Assembly (NCBI GenBank): GCA_030390025.1
Contig: CM059431.1
Location: 94,924,001-94,988,000, forward strand
Reading direction: 5' to 3'
Source: Squalus acanthias
Taxonomy: Eukaryota
Length of the DNA stretch: 64,000 nt
The notes beneath the pieces are model-generated. The model saw only the letters and a program-made list of their open reading frames with translations. It made no database searches and was not told the DNA's origin. Position 1 is the first letter of the stretch; every line of letters starts with the position of its first letter. The position numbers were made by a program, and so were the translations under genes. This document shows positions 35,480-48,520 of this stretch, piece by piece.

Positions 35480-38400
35480 TACTTGTGTGTCATCTTTCTC
35501 TTACGCGTGCTTCTACGAGGTGCTACCCCTGTGGCTTCAGCAGAGGTAGAGGCAGCCTGCTCACTTCGCTGCTGCGACTGCTTAGACACTATTGGAGGAC
35601 GTCCTCTGGGTTTTAGAGCCTGTGATGGTGCTGCCAACGTCTGCTCCTCCTGCAACTATGCAGGGGCAGACTCCATCGCTGTCCGAGGAGGCACCTGGGG
35701 CTCTGACTGAGGGGTAGCAATGGGGGAGAAGTGTGAGCGCTTTGTGAGGAGCCCATACTTCCATGTCCTCTCTCACCATCATCCCTCTCATGGGCCACCC
35801 GCACTTCCCTGCTAACAAGGGACTGGAGAGCACATTGCTGCACAGCAGTGGGGCCATGAGGAGCCACGCCTATGCTGACATCCCTCCTAGAGGAGGTCCA
35901 TGAGCCTCTGCCATCTATTCTCCATAGAGACCATGTGCTCCTGTGACTGGCGCATTAGCTGCTCCATGTAGGTGGCCATCCTATCCATGGAAGAGCTGAC
36001 AGTCGCCGTCGCCTGCGACACGGTGGTGCTCATGCTGGAGATGGACTCCTTCATTCTCTGCACATTTGCAGACATCGCGCTCGCAAAACCTGTCAAAGCT
36101 TCCAGCACTTCTTCCTGCACCTCCAGGATCACCCTCTTCCTGCACCCTCCGTCGAGGCGTCTCCACTGCTGCCCCTGTCTCCACCATCTACTCTTGCTCA
36201 CTTGTGAGACACCAGGTGACAACACTACTCTATCTCGCGTGGGAACCACCGAGGTGTGCGCTGGTGCTGGGTGCGTTTATGTCTGGTGATGGTGCTCCCT
36301 CAGAGGCTGAAGGCTCCTCTGAGGAGTCGTCTTCCTCTTCCTCCTGGGCAGTGGGGGTGGGGAGCTCTTGATGGACCTGTGGGAGAGTAAAGAGATGAGT
36401 TAGATATGTCATATGAAGACTGGGTACAGAGACCATTATGCACATGATGACCATTCAGCGGCTGCTGACATCAGTCCCCATATGAGTGACTGCTGTATGC
36501 CATGTAGCTGTATGATATGTAATTCTGTCACCAGGTTGCTGAGATGTCCCCCTCGCTCTGTCTCCCACCACCAGCTGCTCGGCCACTTGCAATACTTCCA
36601 AAGCAGTCTCCTCTGCTGCTGTGAGGGTGGCAAATGATGGAGGCCCACCTCCGGTTCTCTCCCTCGCCCTCTTATTGTGGGTTCTCTTTTCCTGTAAGGA
36701 GGGGAAGTAGAGAAGTTTGAGTGAGAGTAATGGAATGAGTGTAAGGAATAGATGGGTTACATCTTTAGAGGGAGACTAGGATAGAGTGGGTGGCAATGCC
36801 AAATGGCCTCCTTGTGTGTTGTTACATAAGAACATAAGAACATAAGAAATAGGAGCAGGAGTAGGCCAATCGGCCCCTCGAGCCTGCTCCGCCATTCAAT
36901 AAGATCATGGCTGATCTGATCCTAACCGCCAATCTACTATCTATCACAGAACCATCTCCTGCATCTAACAGAATTGCACACACGAAATAGGAGCAGAATC
37001 AGGCTACACAGTCCCTGGGCCCGCTCCACTACCCACAGGGCCATGACCGATCCGAACCTAGACTCATGTCCAAATTCCTGCCCGCTCCCCGTAACCCTTA
37101 ATGCCCTTTACTTCTAGGAAACTGTCTATTTCTGTTTTAAATTTAATTAATGTTGTAGCTTCTACAGCTTTTTGTGGCAGCATATTCCATGGACCTACCA
37201 CCCTCTGAGTGAAGTAGTTCCTCCTCATCTCAGTTTTGAAAGAGCAGCCCCTTATTCTAAGACTATGTCCCCTAGTTCTCGTCTCACCCGTCATCGGGAA
37301 CATCCTCCCCGCATCCACCCGATCCAACCCCTTCACAATCTTATATGTTTCAATAAGATCGCCTCTCATTCTTCTGAACTCCAATGAGTAGAGTCCCAAT
37401 CTACCCAACCTCTCCTCATATGACCACCCCCTCATCCCCGGGATTAACCGAGTGAACCTTTTTTGCACTGCCTCGAGAGCAAGGATGTCTTTCCTTAAGT
37501 AAGGACACCAAAACTGTATGCAGTATTCCAGGTGCGGTCTCACCAATACCTTGTACAACTGAAGCAATACCTCCCTATTTTTATATTCTATCCCCCTAGC
37601 AATGAAAGCCAACATTCCATTTGCCTTCTTAATCACTTGCTGCACCTGCATACTAACCTTTTGAGTTTCGTGCACCAGGACCCCCAGATCCCTTTGCACT
37701 TCAGTACTCTCCAGTTTCTTGCCATTAAGATAATAAATTGCTCTAGGATTTTTCCTGCCAAAGTGCATCACCTCACACTTTCCAGTGTTGTATTCCATCT
37801 GCCAAATCTCTGCCCACTTACTTAGCCTGTCTATGTCCCCTTGCAGGTTTTTTATGTCCTCCTCACTCACTACTTTCCCTCCCATCTTTGTATCATCTGC
37901 AAATTTTGATATGTTACACTTGGTCCCTTCCTCCAAATCGTTAATATAGATTGTGAAGAGTTGGGGACCCAGCACTGACCCCTGTGGAACACCACTAGTT
38001 ACTGATTGCCAGTCTGAGAATGAACCATTTATCCCAACTCTTTGCTTTCTGTTAGATAGCCAATCCTCTATCCATGCCAGAATATTACCCCCAATCCCGT
38101 GATTTTTTACCTTAAGCAATAATCTTTTGTGTGGCACCTTGTCAAATGTTAGTTGATAAGATTGCACTAGGATGAGAGTGAATGTGAGTGGTGGCTAGTG
38201 AGATGGGGATGTGATAATGTAGTGAGAGAGAGAGAGGGATGGGTGGACGTGCAAGGTATGTTGATGTGAGTAAGGATGTGCAGGAGTAGGGTTGGGAAGG
38301 CAGAGTGATGGGGATGTGATGAGAGGCACTTCAGGATGAAGTTGAGTGTGGCTTTCTACTCTTCTTTCCTGATCTAATGAGATCATTTAAACATTTGTGG

Positions 38401-38595
38401 CACTGCACCTCCTGACCACATCCCTGCTTTTCACCTCCTCTGCAATTTGGAGCCAGCCTCTTTTTGTCTCCTAGGGAGGTCTCTTCCGCCCATTGGAAGG
38501 GAAGAGAACCTCCCTGCGTGCTCTGGCTCCCTCCACAAGCATATGGAGGGAATCATCGGAGAACCTGGGTGCAGCCTCTGCCTCTGTGCAGTCAT
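35480..38595 (-). pseudogene. Harbinger Myb/SANT gene of copy 2 (exons ~38364-38595, 36532-36691, ~35480-36376)
   Basis: Reverse-strand homolog of 17113-18700; frameshifts and a mutated exon 1 donor. Confidence 0.75.
36825..38146 (-). mobile_element. Young 5'-truncated CR1 in Myb intron 1
   Basis: Unbroken ORF 37064-38167 (FDKVPH...FADDTK...LEYCIQFW); (acataaga)n tail; TSD tgtta (36820-36824/38147-38151). Confidence 0.95.
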
Positions 38596-39055
38596 GTATC
38601 CAAGTGTTTGGAGCAATCAAAGCCTCCAGTGCAGTGACTGCCCACTCCTAGAGGAACCTTCAAATGCAATGTGGCCACGGCTCCTTTAAATATCCCAGCT
38701 GAAAACACGTAATCGATGATGTCATCAGACCCGCACCATTTAATAGGGAGAGGTAGCATGCAGGGCGGCCTTAATAGGCCCCATTAGGGCAAAGTCGATT
38801 TCTGCAGTGGGATGGATGCAAGAACAGGGTCGCAACCCGCCACGGCGACCACCCGCACCCGACCCGCCCAGGTAAAGACAATTCCGGCCTTAGAGTACAA
38901 AAGCAAGATAGTTATGCTAAACCTTTATAAATCACTGGTTAGGCCTCAGCGAGAGTATTGTGTCCAATTCTGAGCACCACTCTTTCAGAAGGATGTCAAG
39001 GCTTTGGAGAATGACTTCAGTTATGTGAAGAGACTAGAGAAGCTGGGATTGTTCT

Positions 39056-40380
39056 GGGAAGAGGAGGAAGCAGAAGGAAGGATGCAACCCAGACAGCCCC
39101 TTTGTGGCCGGGATATCTGGGATGGAATCATCCGTCTGCGGTACCAGTGACCACAACCCCAATTCCCCTTTCAACATTTGTCCTACACCTTACCTTCCCT
39201 CTGTTACTGACCATCACAACATCCTCTTGGCCACGATGCTGAAATAAAAGTAGCGCTGCCGCGGCTTCAAAAATATCACCCTCACCCTGTCAGACATACC
39301 CAAGGTTGAGGCCGGGGTGTGAGCGCGGCGCTGCACACAGCGATGACGTCATCTCCGGCGGCGCAGCGCCATGGGGCGTTACTGGCTACCGCCACCACTA
39401 ATCTCTCGCTGAATTTTGCAGAAGGCGTTAGTGGCGCCGCACCCAGGCGCTGGGGGATTTGCACCCCATTAGCGCCCCCCCGGGGGCGCTAATGAGAGGC
39501 GCAAATCAACCCAATTTTTCCTCTTAAGAAATCAACTCATCACCCTTATGCACTCTCTTAGTGACTGTCTTGTGTGGGCCTTTGCCTATCCTACTGATGT
39601 CACACAGTGCTAACCCAGTGGCTGCAGCATGGCTGGTGGAAGGCTGCTGACTTTCAGAGGGGTTCACTGCAAATGGCCACGCTGGTTGACCTTGTGGAGC
39701 TGGTGGCTGGGAGTGTCACATCGAGTGTTTCTTCTTCTCCTTCTTCTTCACTCTCCTCTCCCTCTTCTTGGCCAACCACTGGCCGGGCAGGCTGCAATCC
39801 TTGGGTGTGTGAAATGAGGAAGGCACAAGGATGGAGTTGTGGTGAGGGAGGGCGGGAAAGCAAGAGGTGCATGCCAGAAGGAGGATAATGTATGAGGATA
39901 CCAGCATCTTGTATCCTTCCAGTCCTGCCGCTGGCCAAAGGCTCAGCCATGCCCCTGCCAAGAATGGCCAGCACCGTCTCCTCTAAAGGGGTGAGGTTAA
40001 GCTAGGAATGGGAGGTGTGCCTCGTGATTGGTACAGATTGTTGGTAGGTGAGTGATTGGAGGGGGGGAGTTGTGCATTAAGCAGTGTGTGAGGCTAGTGA
40101 TGCAGTTGGTAGGAGATGGTTTTTGAAGATGCTTTCATTGACCTTGACCAGTGGTCTGAGGTCATGAAACTTCTTTAGGCACTGGAGCCAGGTTGTGGGG
40201 TCGACACTGCTGGCAGTGACGGCCTCGGTGATGTGGTTTTTTCTGGAGGGCCTCCTGGCTCCTGTGGGTAGAGGGCCTCTCTTGCAGTGTTGACCCTCTG
40301 CACAAAGCTGGAGTGCTGCGTGTGAGACCCTGGGTGCCCCGTCCCTGGCTTGCTGAGCCATTTCTTAGCACAGAAGCACT
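39056..40380. mobile_element. Fragmented Harbinger family B (transposase 3' end +, Myb exons -) with an M1 MITE end at ~39250-39523
   Basis: 39090-39250 resembles 49500-49660; ORF 40077-40361(-) MAQQARDGAPR...TWLQCLKKFHDL; M1 terminus aacccaatttttcctc. Confidence 0.7.
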
Positions 40381-40935
40381 TTTCCCATTTTATGAGGTTT
40401 GGAAGGGAATTCAGCTTTAAGAATTGAAGACTTCCATTTGGGACTTATTTTTAATGTTAATTATTTTTTTAAAGGCAGTAAGAGCTGAAAATTGCATTTT
40501 TTACCTTCATTTTTATTTTTATTAGTTCAGAAGGCTTTTAGTGCATTGCCCTTTTAATTTCCCACGATGCCGCGCTTCCTTGGCTGTTGGATGCTGGAGC
40601 GCCACTTCTAGACGGCAGCTTCGACTCCCATGCTTGCACTAATGCCACCAGGAGGGCGTTACACGGTATGTTAGCGCTGGGCTAAACATCTTTAGCCCCC
40701 AGCCTGAATCTTGTAGCGCTTTGTCCATTCTTAGCGACCATTAACCCGAGGCTGCGGTGACACCGGCAATTCTCGTGGCGGACACAAGTTTTTAACCCTA
40801 TGATTCTAGTCTAAAATGGTTCTCGCAAGAGTCATAAAAAGCTTGCAAGAGCTTGTTAATGACCATGAATGTGTTGTTAAATGCCTGTTAATAAACAAAT
40901 GTAGTTTTCCTCTATGAGTGGTATAAAAGAAGATT

Positions 40936-41272
40936 GGGGCTAAAAATATCGGGGTGAGGGGTGGGGGTTACAGGACACATCCCAGCATAAGTGAAAGGAC
41001 ACGCCTGCCCAAGACCTCCGCCACTAATGCCCCCCAGGTTTGCGGAATCGGGGGTAGGTGTGCATTTCAAGTGTGAATGATGGATGCCCGCAGCACTAGG
41101 GCTACATTTAGGGCACCAGCTTACCCGCAGCGCAACCTGATGGTTCTGTGAGGGGTTCGGGAACTGCCGGTGGTGGGAGTCCAGGCCCATACTCCTCCTC
41201 CGCCACCCCCCCATTGGCCCTTTCACCAGAGTTATAATGGGAGTTTACCGGAAAACCAATGGATATTCAGCC
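40936..41272. mobile_element. Short Harbinger-type MITE
   Basis: Imperfect TIRs GGGCTAAAAATATC / GATATTCAGCCC; GC-rich interior. Confidence 0.5.
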
Positions 41273-42972
41273 CTGTTGTGTTTGCTATCATTCAGAAAGT
41301 GAATAAACTCGCTCTGAAAAAAAAGAGCAAGATCAGGTGAGCAACTAGTTCTTAATGAAAAATGATCAGTGGCGTATTTAAAGGGGAATGTGGTCACACC
41401 TTTATGAAGCTGACTCCCGCTGGAAACCTGTAGGTTGTTTACTACACATGCAGTTCAATTTCAACGGCATAGATTTTTATAAAAAAATCCAAAATTTCAC
41501 TATGATAGCAAACAGCAGAAATCCACCCTCAGTATGAAATTTATGTTTGGGACGCAAAATTACCTTATTCATAATCCTTTGAATAAATTCTGTTTAGATA
41601 TTGGACTTGAGTGCAGAATCAGATTAATTACAATTCAGAGTCAATCATAATCTCTATATAGAGCATCAGCCATTCAAGATCAAAGGTTCAGTTATGGTAA
41701 ATTAATTTAAAATTAATTCACTTGGAATTGTTTTATGCAGAAGTAAAATTAAAGCAATTATATAGCGTGTCTTATGTATCCTTTATTTTTATGTTATATT
41801 TCAATTCTACTTTGAGCTGATTTCTCACTCCTACAGTTTTATTGGGGTCAATTTTAACTCCCCTCAGCCAATGGGAATGGTGAGTGGGAGGGGGTAAAAT
41901 CATTCGAGTCCACTTACCAGCCCAACGCTGCACCGTTCCTGCCCTGTGACATCTTATCTTCACTGACTTTGAAGTTAGCCGAGGCTCCTACTGCAGGCAG
42001 GTGGGAGCTCAATTTAAATCTTAATGTTGTGACACGATTATGTCATTAGCGGCGTGACCGAATGTTAACTTCCACATTCGGAAGACCCACATGGGGCCAA
42101 CCCCGACCTCTTCCCTTGGAGAACAGTGTGAAGTAGTGGATAGGATTCGCAGGCTGATTAACAGTTTGACAAGCCGTACGATACCGTTCCTTCCATGCCT
42201 GTAACCGTCTGTATGCTAGTCGATAGGGTGGCTAGTCCTATATGGCAGGAGGGATTTATGGGTACGCACAACCCATATGGTGAGAGGGGGCCACCCACAC
42301 CCAATGGATGTGAGTGTTCCGCTGGATGTCAACCCAGAATTCAGAGGTGGAGCTCCACTCAGAGCTGGTCTTCACTCGTAGGGACTATCTCGAGCTTGGT
42401 CTCAATGTTCTTGGTTCATCTTTCTCTTGATCCTTCAGAATCTCTGTGGTTCACGCTTTATTGTTGTAGGAATAAATCCATTTGTTTGTTTTCCCTCTCT
42501 TAGTCATTCATCATTTATTATAGTAATGTTGTGCTGGAGGCGAAATGATTCGGTGAAGGAAGCTGTGTCCCAGCATGGATTTGTACATGTGTGAAAGTGA
42601 GAGAAAGTCAAGGAGGAAGAAGCTTTATTATAACCTCAGTGCTCATGAGAAAGAATATATAAATATAAATAGTCACGAATATTTGTGTATATCATCAGAT
42701 ACTTTACAGCAGTAGCTTCAACAACAACTTGAGATCATAAACCACTAGTCACGTAGAAGAAATTATCAGAGCATTTAACAAGAGTAAGAGGCGGTCCTTA
42801 AGTGGGCAGTGAAGAAAGATTGAAAGCACAGGAGTGCTTATTCCAGCTCCACAGCAGTCCTGAGGGCTGCTGTCAGCCGCGATCAGCCCTCCTCCTGTTG
42901 TCCTCTTCCCCGGCTCTTACCTGAGAGCTGCTGCCAGCAAGGCAGGTGGCCCAAAATTAATCTGACAAAATT

Positions 42973-43106
42973 ATTCTGATGAACGGTGATCGAGCTGAAA
43001 CGTTAACACTGTTTCTCTTTCCACAGATGCTGCCTGACCTGCTGAGTATTTTCAGCGTTTTCTGTTTTTATTTCAGATTTCCAGCATCCGCAGTATTTTG
43101 CTTTTG
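42973..43106 (+). mobile_element. Penelope-derived fragment (family P1) with hammerhead core but degenerate stem II
   Basis: TTCTGATGAACGGTGATCGAGCTGAAACGTTAAC followed by the same tail as 1553-1650. Confidence 0.75.
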
Positions 43107-43800
43107 CTGTAGTGGCTCAAAATTAATTCCTGCACAAGGACGAACAGCCTGTGGAGGCGTGATAAGCACCGATAGCTCATCCAGATTCTTTAGATAAGCC
43201 CCGAGGCCCAATTTCAGGCATGTTGCGGCCTCATCGCGCTGATTAATTTCTACCCCACATCTGTTGGCTAAAACGTTGAGTAACAATTGCTACATTTTAC
43301 AAAAACATATAACTTAACAAAAAGTAATTTCAGGCAACAATGCTGCAAAGAATTAGCACTGCATTACTTGTAGTAGCCCAAGTAACAAGAAAGGAGCGGT
43401 GATGATTAGTTTGTTGAACAGTTAATGAACCTGCCAGCTTGCCACAACCCACTGGATCTGCCATAGAGCGGAGAAAGTTGGCCAAAAAACACACACCGAA
43501 TACCAAGTATGGACCCCGTCACCAGCCACAGAGGCAAGATTTGTTCCCTCACCTCTAGTGATCCCATTGACATCTCAGCAGAGGGGAAAACCTTAAGTCA
43601 GTACAGATCCTGTCTATTTAAACTGCAAGGACTGAAGGTTTTGGATTGCTGTCAGAAGAAACTTCTAAGGATTTATTTTCCGATTGTCTACAGCCACAAT
43701 TTTCCATTCTTGAGAAATGGCCTACGCACAGTTCATTTCCTGATAAGGACTCCTGGTAGGCACGGATGCAGTCTGGTTGGTTATGCCATCAGCAAACTTA

Positions 43801-45200
43801 GGCCAGAATTTTCCCGTTGCCGAGCATGCGGGTTTGGGGGGTGGGTCAGCAGTAAAAATCGCGGAAATTGCCAGCGCGTCAGGAACCCGCCGTCATCCCG
43901 CCGACTTCCGCATTTAATTCGGGCGTGTTTCTCAGCGCACCACCGACCCACTTGGAAGAGGTGGGCGACCTCATTGAAGTACTTAAATGCTTGTTGAGAG
44001 ACCCTTAAGAATCTTTGAAACATCAGGTTTTGGCTTTAACTTCTTGAGCGCGGGATTCACGCACCTCGGGAGCATTGCCTGTGAAGGGGAGGCAGAAGCT
44101 CAGTGGCCAATGTGCGAGTCCATTCAGTGGCAGCTGTGAAAAACACATAAATACTCCCATTTATGCACATTACACCTGCTTCCTTGTCTAATGTAAAGGC
44201 TCTTGTGCAGAGATTTAGCTGTTAGGAATTTGCAGGTCATTTCTACAACCTCGGAAGCCACTCTCACCACATTGCAAGTCACTATCTGAACATTGAAGGA
44301 TTGTACCTCTGATCTTCACTTTACCTGCCATCTATTAGATCAACATGGGTGCCGCTTATGCTGTCTCACCTTGGACCTCAGAATTGGACCAAGATGAGCC
44401 CCAGCACCAACAACACCAGCACCAACAACACCAACAACACCAGCAGCAGCCACAACACCAGCAGCCTTCTCCTCAATGACCTGATGCTCCACAGGAGAGA
44501 GGGGGTGAGCACAGGGCTGCACTGTGCCGGAGGCGATACCCCTAACACAGGGTATACAGGCAGAGGATGAGCTTCCTGGGCATGACTGAACAGCAGTGCT
44601 TCAGGAGGCTCAAGCTATCATGCCAGGTCATCGCAGACATTTGTAGCTTGCTGGAACAAGACCTGCTGCCCAGAGGACCTGGTGGACATACCTTACCAGT
44701 GGCTGTCAAAGTCACCACTGCCCTTAACTTCTTCACCTCAGGCTCCTTCCAGGGATCTGCAGCAGACATTTGCAGGATCTCACAATTGGCTGCCCACAGA
44801 TGCATCACCCAGGTAACCGATGCCATGTTTGACAAGTCAGCCACTTATGCAAACTTTGCCACTGATGTGTTACTGAGCGGGCGCTCGACTTTGTTGCTCT
44901 GGTTGGCTTCCCACAGGTGCAGGGCGTTATCAACTGCACACATGTGGCGAACCACAAGAGCTTCCATTCCCTCAGCTCGTCTGCAACCATAAAAAGATCA
45001 TCATGCATGTGTGCACCAGATTCCCTGACAGCTGTCATGACTCTTTTGTGCTGCGCCAATCCACCCTCAGTCAGCTCTTCACACCTCCAAACAGACTTAC
45101 CGGCTGGTTGCTTGGAGACAAAGACCTGAAGACGTGGCTGATGACACCCTTGAGGAGGCCAAGTAATGAGGCCGAGGAGCGTTATAATGACAGCCACATG
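43801..45200 (+). mobile_element. Truncated Harbinger (A-related subfamily) with transposase pseudogene 44345-~45200
   Basis: tta|GGCCAGAATTTTCC terminus; ORFs 44567-44992 and 45003-45221 with [11 protein letters not shown] and WLLGDK. Confidence 0.85.
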
Positions 45201-45589
45201 TTCCCTGTACTTTCCTCCTAGTTTTCTAGGACATTGTAACTGTGTTCATAAGAAAAAAATGTATAAATAAAGCAATGAGACTGTTTCTCTGGATCTCATA
45301 TTTGAATGGAAAAAGTGACGTTCAAATATATTCAATAGAATTTCATATTATTTGCTTTTTCTCTTGTTGCGATTCTCTTTCCTTGTCTGCTTTATTTTTT
45401 TGTAGTCTCTTTGCTTCTCTGTTTCTCCCTGTCTTTCTCTGCTTGTCATTCTCACCCTGTGGTTTGCTCCCCACACAATTCTTTTTGTTTCTTATTGCAC
45501 TGTTTTCAGTCTGCACTGTTGACTGCTCTGGCCTTGATGACCCTGGCCCCATCACAATTATTTTTGCTGCACACCTTCACATCATGCCA

Positions 45590-48520
45590 GATGAAAGGTT
45601 GTTACACAAGATAAGGGTTCATAGGGTTGGGGGTAATATATTAGCATGGATAGAGGATTGGTTAAAGGACAGAAAACAGAGAGTAGGAATAAACAAGTCA
45701 TTTCCAGGTTGGCAGGCTGTTACTGGTGGGATACCGCAAGGATCAGTGCTGGGGCCTCAGCCATTTACAATCTATATTAATGACTTAGATGAAGGGACCA
45801 AGTATAATGTATCCAAGTTTACTGACGATACAAAGCTAGGTGGGAAAGTAAGCTGTGAGGAGGACACTAAGGTCGTGATTTCCCCTACCTCGGTGGGTCT
45901 GGTGTGGCCGGGGTCGGTGGCGGGTCCCAACCTCGCTGCTGGCTCCAGCCCGCTGTCCAAAGTGATTTTACGTTGATTGGGCTTGTTAAGCCCTCCCAGC
46001 GTGTTTGCCGGCCAATTGAAGAAAGCGGGTCTGATGATGTCACTTGACGCGTCATCAGCCGATTTCTTTAAAGGGACCATGCGCAAATTTATTTTGATAG
46101 TTGTGCTGTCAGTGTTCTACAGCATTGAGGTGCTGCAAACACTGACAAGCACTGCACACAGGTGCACTGCTGCACCCAGGCTGTCCCATGACTCCCTCCA
46201 TATGCTTATGGAGGGAGTCACAGCACGCAGGGAGGTTCTCTTCCTTTCACATGGACGGAAGAGACCTCCCCAGGAGACCAACACAGCCTGGTTGCACATT
46301 GCACAGGAGGACACAAGCAGGGATGTCGTTAGGAGGACCAGGCTGCAATAGCGCAAACCTTTGAATGATTTCAGTAGATCACGAAACGTTACTGCAAAGC
46401 CACACTCAACCTCATCCTGCTGTGCCACTCATCACATCCCCATCACTCTGCCTTCCCTAACCTACTCCTGCACATCCTTACTCACACCAACTTACCTTGC
46501 ACCTCCACCCATCCCCCTCTATCTACATTATCACTTCCCCATCTCACTAGCCATCCCTCACACTCACCCTCATCCTAGTGCAAGCTTACCAACTAACAAC
46601 ACACAGGCACGTGTGTGTTTTAGCCAATGTTCATGTGAAGTTTCTGTTAATGTGCTGTCAAACATTGAAACCTTTATTTTCAACACTTTGCGTTCTTGGA
46701 CAGATTTGTGTGCACCTTTGGAAGTACCTTCGTGAGTTGCCGTGAATGGTGAGACATTACGGTACCCCACCCCGCAATGATGATGAGTGTGAAAGGAATG
46801 GCTTGGGCATTGTAGGGATACTTTATGGTATTAGTGTGGGGTGGTGCCAAACTGGCGCATCATGTGGCAGCCAGGATGTACAGCACCAAGTGAAGTAAAT
46901 CTGGCTATGGTGAGGCTATTCCTGGCCTCCCGGGCAGCAATGTGCTCGGGTGCTGATTCCCTGTGTCCTATGCAGCATCAGTTGATTGCGGAGAAGGTTG
47001 GTGTTGTTCTTGGTGCTGCTGGTGTGCCTAGTGCTGCTGGTGTTGGGGCTGATCGTGGTGGGATTCTGAGGACCAAGGTGAAATAGTTTCAAGGGCACCG
47101 ATGCTGATGTAATAGATGGCAGGTGAACTTGAGATGACAGAAGCGATCTGTCAATGGTGAGAGAGGTTGTTCCAATGAGGTGACACTGGATAGAGAATTT
47201 ACTCCAAACACTTGCAACCTGCATAAAGGTCAATCTGTCTTCCAAATGCAGTAAGCAACAGCTTCTGAGCTTGGAAAGTGAACAGCTGTGAGATGGGAGC
47301 TTTTATAGCACATTTGCAGCTGTCAAGTAAAGAGATGATTTCATGCTAACACAACTCCTGACCTGCTTACCTGACGTGATCCCTAAGCAGCGTGAAACCT
47401 GTGGGCGACCTCGTAAAATTTAAAGGTGAGCTCAAAATAGTGGCTGTTAACAATCTCTTAATCACCTAAATTGCCTCCCCCGCCGCTTGGTGTCGGGTCT
47501 GTTCAGCGATGACAGACCCGACAACTGTGAAACTAGCGTGGTGGCGGGTTGACAGCGGGTTCCCTACCCACTGTCAAAAAAAAAGTTTCCCTCCTGACTC
47601 GCCACCAAACATGCCCGCTGACCCCCCAGAAAATTTCCCCCAAAGTGTCTGCAAAGGGATATAGACAGGTTAAGTGAATGGGCAAGAAGTTGGCAAATGA
47701 AATATAATGTGGTGAAATGTGAAGTTATTCACTTTGGTAGGAAGAATAGAAAAACAGAATATTTTTTAAATGGTGAGAAACTATTAAATGTTGGTGTTCA
47801 GAGGGATTTGGGTGTCCTTGTACATGAAACACAGAAATTTAGCATGCAAGTACAGCAAGCAATTAGGAAGGCAAATGTATGTTGGCCTTTATTGCAAGGG
47901 GGTTAGAGGATAAGAGAAAGGAAGTCTTGCTGCAATTTTACAGGGCTTGGAGTACTGGAGTACTTGGAGTACTGTGCACAATTTTCAGCTCCGTACCTAT
48001 GGAAGGATATACTTGCCTTAGAGGGGCTGCAACGAAGATTCACTAGATTGATTCCTGGAATGAGAGGACTGTCCTACGAGGAGAGATTGAGTAGAATGGG
48101 CCTATACTCTCTGGAGTTTAGAAGTATGAGAAGTGATCTCATTGAATCATGTAAGATTCTGAGGAGGATTGACAGGGTAGATGCTGAGAGGTTGTTTCCC
48201 CTGGCTGGAGAGTCTAGAGCTAGGGGGCATAGTCTCGGGATAAGGGGTCGGCCATTTAAGACTGAGATGAGGAGAAATTTCTTCACTCAGAGGGTTGTGA
48301 ATCTTTGGAATTCTCTACCCCAGAGGGCTGTGCATGCTGAGTCTTTGAGTATATGCAATGCAGAGATTGATAGATTTATGGTCTCTAAGGGAATCAAGGG
48401 ATATGGAGATCGGGCGGGAAGTGGAGTTGAGGTCGAAGATCTGCCACAATCTTATTGTATGGCTGAGCAGGCTCAAGAGGCCGTATGGAGCACTCCTACT
48501 CCTATTTCTTATGTTCTTAT
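45590..48520 (+). mobile_element. CR1 RT/3' fragment split by Harbinger 45871-47641
   Basis: IPQGSVLGPQ...KFTDDTK..VSCEEDT|...LQRDIDRL; tail ttcttatgttcttatg. Confidence 0.9.
45871..47641 (+). mobile_element. Non-autonomous Harbinger, 1.77 kb (copy 2)
   Basis: Colinear with 11562-13333; TSD taa/aaa inside a palindromic GACAC-nnn-GTGTC target. Confidence 0.88.

Larger units (their letters stand above)
30121..38889. mobile_element. PIF/Harbinger family A copy 2 (transposase +, Myb -) carrying two nested CR1s
   Basis: Ends (T)GGACAGAAATTTC / GACAATTCCGGCC; cta/tta TSD; the host CR1 aatagaggc|gagtacaaaagc resumes at 38890. Inverted homolog of 16819-21291. Confidence 0.9.

Noticed and set aside
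45242..45976. 244-aa ORF with hydrophobic, membrane-like N-terminus
   Set aside because: A T/C-rich low-complexity tract fused by chance to CR1 RT and a Harbinger end.
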